Shown here in pieces: positions 28,166-35,137 of a DNA stretch of 64,000 bases (the first letter of the stretch is position 1; each line of letters opens with the position of its first letter). Source of the DNA: Candidatus Terrybacteria bacterium RIFCSPHIGHO2_01_FULL_48_17 (lineage in GTDB: Bacteria > Patescibacteriota > Minisyncoccia > Terrybacterales > 2-01-FULL-58-14); the NCBI GenBank assembly GCA_001822835.1, contig MHSS01000005.1, positions 1,719 to 65,718 on the forward strand, read 5' to 3'. The notes below the pieces were generated by a model. It made no database searches. It was not told the DNA's origin and saw only the letters and a program-made list of their open reading frames with translations. Position numbers and translations under genes: made by a program.

Positions 28166-28240
28166 AACTCTAAATCCAAAATCCTAAACTCTAATCCCTG
28201 CCTGCCAGCAGGTAGGTCGAAATCCGAAATAAATCAAAAA
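28166..28240. repeat. 7-mer array with nested 20-bp palindrome
   Basis: AAACTCT AAATCCA AAATCCT AAACTCT..[CCTGCCTGCCAGCAGGTAGG 28197-28216]..AAATCCG AAATAAA. Confidence 0.75.
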
Positions 28241-28297
28241 ACTGTTCCTCTTCCTTTTTCTCTAAAGCGCGGATGGTATCAAGAAAAGTCCCTCCCT

Positions 28298-28395
28298 GCG
28301 AGCGAACTTCCGGAAAAATTCTCTCGGGCTGGCGGTGGGATCAATAATGCATCGCAGTCAATGGAGGCGGAGAATTTTTCCGGTCGGTTCGCGAG
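28298..28395. repeat. Inverted-repeat intergenic element
   Basis: CCGGAAAAATTCTC ... GAGAATTTTTCCGG arms flanked by GCGAAC/GTTCGC. Confidence 0.65.
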
Positions 28396-28426
28396 CTATC
28401 CTCTGTTTCGAAATACGCTACCCGCA

Positions 28427-28588
28427 CTATTTCCGCTTTGTCTCTTTTTGGACCGTATGCTTCCTGCAAAACTTGCAGTATTTTTTCAGCTCCAGCTTGC
28501 GCTCAACCGTTTTTCGGTTTTTGAACGCATAGCGCGTAACTCTCTTACATTCTTTACACGCCATGCGAATAAGGTTGTCCTGGGACAT
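28427..28588 (-). CDS. rpmG: 50S ribosomal protein L33
   Basis: CKEC..KN......LELKKYCKFCRKHT..KE; start ATG 28588. Confidence 0.95.
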   Translation of the reverse strand: MSQDNLIRMACKECKRVTRYAFKNRKTVERKLELKKYCKFCRKHTVQKETKRK

Positions 28589-28595
28589 AGCTGAT

Positions 28596-28709
28596 AAATC
28601 CAAATGAAAAAATCCCAATGTCAAATAAAATCCCAAATCCCAAAATCAAAATTTAGACATTGAGACATTCAGATATTTATTTGGCATTTGAGCTTAGACA
28701 TTGGTCATT
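28596..28709. repeat. Mirror-image 7-mer repeat element upstream of rpmG
   Basis: AAATCCA AATGAAA AAATCCC AATGTCA AATAAA ... TTTAT TTGGCAT TTGAGCT TAGACAT TGGTCAT. Confidence 0.8.
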
Positions 28710-28719
28710 AAAGGATTAA

Positions 28720-29226
28720 TTAGTTTTTCTTTTCCCATTGCCTAGCGCCTGTGTTGTATTCCCAAAATTCCTGCGGAGGGTTTAAAAAAATGACGTCCTC
28801 CCCTTCAATTATTTCCCAACCGTTCTCGCCTGCGCCATAGAGTGCTGCACGCTCCCATGCCCCATTGCGGCTTTGAAGATACGCCATGCGCATGCCTTCC
28901 CGTGTTTGATACTCCGCATACACGCCGCCGTCTCTGGCAAACCAAAAACGCTTAACGTCTTCTTTTGTTCCATTTGCGAGCAATGGCTCAATATCAGTAA
29001 GGATATCATCAATAGTGCTGCGCTGCTCTGTTTCTTCAACCATCTCTTCATCGCCCACAAGCTCTTCTGACCCATTATTATTCGTAGATGATGTTTTCTC
29101 CTTTTGCTCTTCTTTTTGGGGGGTTGGAGAAAAATCGCCGCGCTGCCATAAGAATATACCAATCGCCACCACCCCAAGTAATGGCAGAATTATAATGGGA
29201 TTTTTTTTTAGAAGAAAACGAAGCAT
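28720..29226 (-). CDS. Membrane-anchored hypothetical protein
   Basis: N-terminal TM, acidic linker, aromatic-rich C-terminal domain. Confidence 0.7.
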   Translation of the reverse strand: MLRFLLKKNPIIILPLLGVVAIGIFLWQRGDFSPTPQKEEQKEKTSSTNNNGSEELVGDEEMVEETEQRSTIDDILTDIEPLLANGTKEDVKRFWFARDGGVYAEYQTREGMRMAYLQSRNGAWERAALYGAGENGWEIIEGEDVIFLNPPQEFWEYNTGARQWEKKN

Positions 29227-29293
29227 AACTATATAGAGAAAAGGGATTAAGGAATAGAGAGTAGGAAAACTATCGGAAGCTCAATCGCTTTTG

Positions 29294-29365
29294 AGCCAGC
29301 GGTGGGAATTGAACCCACGACCTACTCCTTACCATGGAGTTGCTCTGCCGCTGAGCTACGCTGGC
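29294..29365 (-). tRNA. trnT: tRNA-Thr(GGT)
   Basis: GCCAGCG/CGCTGGC acceptor, CTCCA-TGGTAA-GGAG anticodon arm, GTTCAATTC. Confidence 0.93.
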
Positions 29366-29616
29366 TGGAGGTTATCATCATCCGGCTCTTCGTCTCCTTT
29401 CTCAAGGCCATACTTAACCAAAATTTTATGCGCTTCTTCTTTGCAACCGGCATCAACGCAATCTTCAAAAAGCGCGGTGATAGCCCGATCAAGCAAACGG
29501 ATACCTTCCTTATTTAAACCAGATTCCGCTTCGGTTCGTTGTTGCACGGCATGCTCCATGCGCCCCAAAAGACCTCGGTACCTATCTTGTTCTGGTGGCT
29601 GTTCTGATTCTGGCAT
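29356..29616 (-). CDS. Small acidic hypothetical protein
   Basis: MPESEQPPEQ...; fills gap before tRNA-Thr; stop lies inside the tRNA. Confidence 0.5.
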   Translation of the reverse strand: MPESEQPPEQDRYRGLLGRMEHAVQQRTEAESGLNKEGIRLLDRAITALFEDCVDAGCKEEAHKILVKYGLEKGDEEPDDDNLQPA

Positions 29617-29704
29617 AAAAAAACGGCCTAACACCGTATCCCCACTCTACGAAATTGTTGGAGACGTTTCAAGGGTATAGTAGGTCAGGCCCGACGAAGC
29701 CGCG

Positions 29705-31279
29705 TCAGACGCGGCGAAGCACGGTGCCGGCTCGCATGTTGTTGCATTTGCCTCCTTCTACTACCACTTTACCGTTTACCAAAACAGAGCTAATGCCTTG
29801 CGGTGCCTGCCAAGGGTTTGCAAACGTCGCCCGATCTTCAACTGTTTCGGGATCGAACACGACAATATCGGCAGCTGCGCCTTTTACAAGCACCCCCCTT
29901 TGCATAAGCCCCACTTGCCTTGCGGGTTGGGAAGTCATGCGCCGCACCGCCTCTTCCAGGGAAAGCTTCTTGTGCTCACGGACTAAATATTTTAATGCGC
30001 GCGGAAATGTTCCAAACGAACGCGGATGCGGCTGCTCTCCGCCTTCTTCAACATGAAGGGTATAGCCCGCTCCTGCCGACCCCACCAATGCAAGCGGATG
30101 GCTTAACGTATTCCATACCTCCTGTTCGTCTTTAAAGGATTCCCGCAATAAAATTACCTTGCCGTCATTTGATAAGAAAAGCCCCGCAACCGCTTCTCCC
30201 ACGCTTAAACCGGCATCATCCGCAAGCTCCTTTATGGTTTTTCCAACCAATGAGGCGTCCCGCCGCGCAACCAATATTCGTGCGTCGGCAATTTCCGCCT
30301 CTCGTTCAGAAATCTCTACAGCAACCCTTGCGCGCGTAGGTGCATGGCGCAAACGTTCCAGCATTTTTGCAAGCCCGCCTTCTTGCGCCCATTCAGGAAG
30401 AACCATATAGAGCACCTCGCTCATGAAGTGATACGGGTAAAAATCAAATAAGCAGTGCCCTTCTTTCTCAGAAAATTCAGAAAGCCGGGCAAGCGCTTGC
30501 GTAAACATCTCTTTGTTCCCCTGCCCTGCGTGTTTAAAATGGGAAATCTCAAGACGAACCCCGGAGCGGCGCGCAAGCGCCAATGCCTCCTCAAGCGACG
30601 CCAAAAGCCGATCGTCTTCGTGCCGCAGATGAACGGCGAAATAACCGTCCGCTTCTTTAGCCGCATCAAGTAGTTTTTCAAGCTCCCACTCAGGAGATGA
30701 TCGCGCGTGAAGATAGGCGGGAGCGTAAGACAACCCAAACGCTCCTTCAGAAAATGCCTCTTTTACCAAAAATCTCATTTTCTCGTGCTCCTCATCCGTC
30801 GGCACGCGCGCTTCGTCTCCTAAAATCGCCCGCCGCACTGTGGTATGACCGACCAAACTTGCTACGTTCACCCCCGGTTTTAATCCCTCAAGCATATCGA
30901 GAAATTCTCCGAACCGTTCCCAATCAACATTAACGCCTTGGGTTTCTCCCCATTTTTGAACCACCGCAATAAGACGCCCATGCGGAAAGGGGGCCAATGA
31001 TGCCCCGCAATTGCCCAATACAACACTGGTAACCCCCTGCACAAGCATGCTTTCGCTTGTGGGATTACGCAGTATGGTAAGGTACGCATCGCTGTGGTTG
31101 AGAATATCAATAAAACCGGGAGAAACAACCATACCGGCTGCATCGATAACCTTTGTGCTTGCCGAAGCCGAAAAAGAACCGATGTCGGTTATTCTCCCCT
31201 TATCTACGGCAACATCTGCCGCAAAACGGGGTTTGCCAGTACCGTCAACAACCGAACCTCCTTTAATGAGTAATTCCAT
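29705..31279 (-). CDS. N-acyl-D-amino-acid deacylase (amidohydrolase family)
   Basis: LLIKGGSVVDGTG, PGFID..NHSD, GNCG, HLR, SHFK, HPRSFGTFPR, ADIVVFDP; start ATG 31279. Confidence 0.9.
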   Translation of the reverse strand: MELLIKGGSVVDGTGKPRFAADVAVDKGRITDIGSFSASASTKVIDAAGMVVSPGFIDILNHSDAYLTILRNPTSESMLVQGVTSVVLGNCGASLAPFPHGRLIAVVQKWGETQGVNVDWERFGEFLDMLEGLKPGVNVASLVGHTTVRRAILGDEARVPTDEEHEKMRFLVKEAFSEGAFGLSYAPAYLHARSSPEWELEKLLDAAKEADGYFAVHLRHEDDRLLASLEEALALARRSGVRLEISHFKHAGQGNKEMFTQALARLSEFSEKEGHCLFDFYPYHFMSEVLYMVLPEWAQEGGLAKMLERLRHAPTRARVAVEISEREAEIADARILVARRDASLVGKTIKELADDAGLSVGEAVAGLFLSNDGKVILLRESFKDEQEVWNTLSHPLALVGSAGAGYTLHVEEGGEQPHPRSFGTFPRALKYLVREHKKLSLEEAVRRMTSQPARQVGLMQRGVLVKGAAADIVVFDPETVEDRATFANPWQAPQGISSVLVNGKVVVEGGKCNNMRAGTVLRRV

Positions 31280-31322
31280 ACAAATAAAATCTATCCACGA
31301 ATCATGCTCATTATACCACGGC

Positions 31323-32375
31323 CTATGCAAAAAGGTGCACGGCAACCCCAAGACCCGCCGCAACTGAAGAGACAACCCACAAACGCATGGTAACTTTATA
31401 AGGCGGCCAGCCAAGCGCCTCAAAATGATGATGGAGCGGCGTTGAAAGAAAAATCTTCTTTTTTCGGATGCGTTTTGATAAAAGTTGCACAATAACCGAA
31501 CCCGCCTCGACAACCAAAACAATACCGATAATAGGAAGCACCAATACAGCTCCCGTCAAAAAAGCGACAACGGTTAACGTTGCGGTAAGGCCTAAAATGC
31601 CGGTCTCTCCTGCATAGAAACGGGCCGGCGGTATATTAAACCACAAAAACGCAAGCAAACTTCCAACTATCGCGCCAGAGAAAGCCGCAAGATCAATCTG
31701 GTTCTGCACCAAAGCAATAATGCCATAAGCACTAAACATGGTCGCAAAAACCCCACCGGCAAGGCCATCAAGTCCATCTACCACGCCTCCGCTAAATGTT
31801 GCCAGCATCACCAAAACAAAAAAAGGCATCATAAGCCAACCGATTTCAACCACGCCAACATAAGGAACAGCAAGTGCAGAAACCCCCAAACGCTCATAAA
31901 ACCACCACGCGCCAACCGCACCGATCGCCGCAACCAAAAGAATGCGGTGGCGCAAGCGAATACCCCCCGCGATATATCCTCCTTTTCCGGAAACCTGCAA
32001 CCAATCGTCTGCAAACCCAAGGAGAGAGGCGGCAACCAGCGTAAACAATGGCAGCCACGTCTGGCTACGGCTTAAAAAATTAAGTTTATTGATAAAACCA
32101 AAATCCTGCCACTGTGAAAGAATCCAAAAAACCAGCGTTACGGCAAGTACGGTTATCCAGATCAACAAACCGCCCATGCGCGGGACAGAAACTTCGCGCT
32201 CGCCGTGCAGTTTTGCAAAAATAGGCGTGGGAGAACCATCCGGCGCATGCGTGCGCACCCGCTTACGCCATAGTTGCTTTTTATATAACCATGCGGTCAA
32301 AAGCGGCGTCCACAAAATCGCCGCGACAAACGATACCGCAACCATAAGGGTTACTTTAACGACATCTTGATCCAC
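31323..32375 (-). CDS. mraY: Phospho-N-acetylmuramoyl-pentapeptide transferase
   Basis: PRMGG, GFADD, DGLDGLA, WFNIPPARFYAGETG, PLHHHFE. Confidence 0.93.
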   Translation of the reverse strand: MDQDVVKVTLMVAVSFVAAILWTPLLTAWLYKKQLWRKRVRTHAPDGSPTPIFAKLHGEREVSVPRMGGLLIWITVLAVTLVFWILSQWQDFGFINKLNFLSRSQTWLPLFTLVAASLLGFADDWLQVSGKGGYIAGGIRLRHRILLVAAIGAVGAWWFYERLGVSALAVPYVGVVEIGWLMMPFFVLVMLATFSGGVVDGLDGLAGGVFATMFSAYGIIALVQNQIDLAAFSGAIVGSLLAFLWFNIPPARFYAGETGILGLTATLTVVAFLTGAVLVLPIIGIVLVVEAGSVIVQLLSKRIRKKKIFLSTPLHHHFEALGWPPYKVTMRLWVVSSVAAGLGVAVHLFA

Positions 32376-32382
32376 AACACAT

Positions 32383-32451
32383 TACTACGAAATACGAATC
32401 GGTACGAAGATACGAATTTGTATATTCGTAAAATATTCATACTTCGTAGTA
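32383..32451. repeat. TACGAA inverted-repeat element upstream of mraY
   Basis: TACTACGAAATACGAA...TATTCGTA...TTCGTAGTA. Confidence 0.75.
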
Positions 32452-32456
32452 TTTTC

Positions 32457-33011
32457 TTAAAAGCCGATACGGCGTAAAAAAAGATCGAGCGCAGAATACT
32501 TCTGTTCAACTTCGGGAATAAAGGTAAGAAGCGCACGCCTCACTAAAACCGGGTCTTGTTTCCCCAAGGGGATGATGAGTTCCGGAACGAGCAAGCCCTT
32601 TCTTCTTATAGCAAGCTCTTTAATGTCTGGAGGGTCATAAAAAATCCAAAAAGATTGTAGATCCTCAAACTTAAAAAGTTTTTTCCCAATTTCCAAACCG
32701 CGGGGAGTAATGTGAAACGTATATGAATGAGCGGGACGAAATGCGTATAACAGCCACACTACTGCCCCGACTACCACAAGTATAATACCAAAGAAATTGC
32801 GCGAAAAAATAAAAAAGACCAGTGCGATAAAAGCAACAAACCCGGTAGCCATCATCCAAGAAGCCGAATCTTTTGGGCGCGAAGGAAATTCTGCGGCCTC
32901 CCATTGCAACACCAGCGGCTGTTTTTGCGGCTCTGGAGGGATGGCCTGAGTGGTGAGGGCTGGTTTTTTTTCGTCTGGTTTCTTTCGTAAATCCAGAATC
33001 TTTTGTGGCAT
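32457..33011 (-). CDS. Two-TM hypothetical protein with probable PH-like soluble domain
   Basis: LQWEAAEF, two TM helices, LQSFWIFYDPP. Confidence 0.8.
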   Translation of the reverse strand: MPQKILDLRKKPDEKKPALTTQAIPPEPQKQPLVLQWEAAEFPSRPKDSASWMMATGFVAFIALVFFIFSRNFFGIILVVVGAVVWLLYAFRPAHSYTFHITPRGLEIGKKLFKFEDLQSFWIFYDPPDIKELAIRRKGLLVPELIIPLGKQDPVLVRRALLTFIPEVEQKYSALDLFLRRIGF

Positions 33012-33083
33012 CGTATTTCAGCTTATCACGAAACTATTTGACCTGCACCCGTAAGGGTTCTACAGTAAAAAGACCGCGCAGCT

Positions 33084-33170
33084 GGAGAGGTGGCTGAGTG
33101 GCCGAAAGCGGCGCCGTGCTAAGGCGTTAACCCCGCAAGGGGTTCGTGGGTTCGAATCCCACCCTCTCCG
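33084..33170 (+). tRNA. trnS: tRNA-Ser(GCT)
   Basis: GGAGAGG/CCTCTCC acceptor, GCT anticodon, long variable arm CCCC-GCAA-GGGG, GTTCGAATC. Confidence 0.93.
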
Positions 33171-33259
33171 TATTTTAAGATTATTATAAAATCACTGCGC
33201 ATAAAAGCTGTTTATCGGAAATCGGATTTTAGGTTCTAAGAGGAATCGGTTACAAAAAT

Positions 33260-33514
33260 ATGGACTTGATCCAATCGATTGGATATTTAGCGGGGTTCAT
33301 AATTGCCGTTGCCCTAACGCCACAAGTTATCCAGGCCTGGAAAACAAAATCTACAAAGGACATATCTTTACCCTGGACTATCATATTATTATTAGGCCTA
33401 TTGTTATATTTTATCTATGGACTTGGTATAAAGGAAATGCCGATCATAGTAATGAATACGATTGAAACACTTTTGGTTATATCACTGATTATTGCCAAAT
33501 TAATTTATAAATAA
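33260..33514 (+). CDS. SemiSWEET / PQ-loop family transporter
   Basis: PQVIQAWKTKSTKDIS, three TM helices, YG...PII.N. Confidence 0.9.
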   Translation: MDLIQSIGYLAGFIIAVALTPQVIQAWKTKSTKDISLPWTIILLLGLLLYFIYGLGIKEMPIIVMNTIETLLVISLIIAKLIYK

Positions 33515-33603
33515 AAGGCTGAAATCCGTATCTGTTCGAATTTTTTCGAACGCACACCGTATTGTTTTAGCGCTATTATCTATATAAAACTTGAAAATCC
33601 TTA

Positions 33604-33962
33604 TGATGTCGGAACAGCAAAGAATGGAACAGGTGCCGGAGGAACAAGCAAAGCCATATCAAGAAATGCCTTTTGACGTTACCCCGACCATTGTTTTACG
33701 CGAAGAAAAATATGGCGCCGGTTTCCCGAAAGGAGAACAAGGAGAAGAACGCAATGGTTTCTCTTTTTATGAATTGCGCGAAAACCCTAAAACAAAAACC
33801 CTTGAGCTTTTTTATATAACCTCGCGCATTAATGATGCTCCGATTTTAGAGGCGGTGACCGAAACCCAACAAAATATATGGGAGAAAAAGAGAATTATTG
33901 CGCGGCCCGCCAGATTTTTATGGAATGAGGAATCTGCCCAATGGAAAATAGTCGAGGATTAA
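33604..33962 (+). CDS. Hypothetical protein
   Basis: Open frame between SemiSWEET and tRNA-Ser; no recognised motif. Confidence 0.6.
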
Positions 33963-34040
33963 TGCGTAACGCGCTTTCGTTTTAACGGTGGGATGCCAGA
34001 ATGGACGATTGGGGCGGGGGGTCTTGTCCCGCAATATGGC

Positions 34041-34132
34041 GGAGGGTTGGCTGAGTATGGCTTAAGGCGCTGGTCTTGAAAACCAGTTGGGGAGCAATCC
34101 CCTCGCAGGTTCAAATCCTGCACCCTCCGCCA
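34041..34132 (+). tRNA. trnS: tRNA-Ser(TGA)
   Basis: GGAGGGT/ACCCTCC acceptor, CTGGT-CTTGAAA-ACCAG, long variable arm, CCA. Confidence 0.95.
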
Positions 34133-34197
34133 TGTAACGGGATTGCGATTTGTAACTAAAAATTTTTCTCGTAGCATAAATTTTTAGATAAATCGGT

Positions 34198-34251
34198 AAA
34201 AACCGCTATACCCGAAAGGTATCGGAGGTTCAAATCCTCCTCCCACCGCCA
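34198..34251 (+). pseudogene. Orphan 3' half of a type II (Ser-like) tRNA
   Basis: AAAACCGC-TATACC.GAAA.GGTAT-CGGAGGTTCAAATCCTCC-TCCCACCGCCA; no matching 5' half upstream. Confidence 0.75.
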
Positions 34252-34343
34252 TATTCCTATAACTTGGTTAGACCCCGCACCAATACTGCAGTATGATGCG
34301 GGACAAGTACAGTGCCCCGCCATTCTTAATTCGTTCTCTTTGC

Positions 34344-34417
34344 GTCCCCGTAGCTCAGCTGGATAGAGCGCCAGCTTGCGGAGCTGGAGGTCGCAGGTTC
34401 AAATCCTGTCGGGGACG
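34344..34417 (+). tRNA. trnR: tRNA-Arg(GCG)
   Basis: GTCCCCG/CGGGGAC acceptor, CCAGC-TTGCGGA-GCTGG, GTTCAAATC. Confidence 0.92.
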
Positions 34418-34595
34418 CAAAGAGAATGCAAAAACGAAGGCGGGGAGGCCGCAAGTTTTTCCGACTGGCCCGCGAGCACGACGAGTGGTTTGCCAGTCGC
34501 AATCCGCCAAAATGAGCGAAGCCGTATCTGACGCAGCGAAACCGAATCAGGCGGAGCGAAGCGAATGACGGCGGGCAAATCCTGTCGGGGACGCA
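34400..34595 (+). mobile_element. Short insertion flanked by 20-bp direct repeat of tRNA-Arg 3' end
   Basis: CAAATCCTGTCGGGGACGCA at 34400-34419 and 34576-34595; interior has GAGCGAAGC motifs. Confidence 0.65.
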
Positions 34596-34654
34596 GAACG
34601 CGTAAAAGCAAAAGCTTGGACGCAACGTACATTGAAAATGGGAGCGAAACGAAA

Positions 34655-35086
34655 ATGGCAAAATATGTCTTTCTTACAGAACGGGAAAAAGTTCACGCGA
34701 AATTCTTACTGAAAGAACTTTGCGAATTCGCTGATAGTATCTTTTTGGAATGGTTACAAAAACAAGGTCTTGCACAACCCTCTGTGCTTATGCTGGAGCA
34801 GCCGCAAGCGATACAACACTTTAAAACTTCTTCTATCCTGCACATCAACTTGCTTCTTACGGCAGCCCTATCTTCTCCCGAGAACGCTCGTGAAAATACT
34901 TTATCATTTCTTGGTGACTATAAAGTTCTTTTAGACGAGGTGGAGAGGTGCAACAATACTATATTTCAAATAATGGAGGACTGTGCAAACAAACTCATAT
35001 CCGTACAAGAAGCGGAACGCATGATGCGAGCACATGCTCACGCATTTATTATAAAGGTACAGGCACTGCAAAAAGAAATTGAATGA
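34655..35086 (+). CDS. Hypothetical helical protein
   Basis: MAKYVFLTE... after GGGAG; no recognised motif. Confidence 0.55.
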   Translation: MAKYVFLTEREKVHAKFLLKELCEFADSIFLEWLQKQGLAQPSVLMLEQPQAIQHFKTSSILHINLLLTAALSSPENARENTLSFLGDYKVLLDEVERCNNTIFQIMEDCANKLISVQEAERMMRAHAHAFIIKVQALQKEIE

Positions 35087-35137
35087 TCCTGCATTTCTAT
35101 GCAGGATTTTTTATATTCCTATGCTATCCTACAATCG

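Noticed and set aside
29291-29680. Plus-strand ORFs starting SQRWELNPRP / MGIEPTT
   Set aside because: Antisense translation of tRNA-Thr
33959-34661. ORFs containing WRRVQDLNLR or SPTGFEPAT
   Set aside because: Translations across tRNA-Ser and tRNA-Arg
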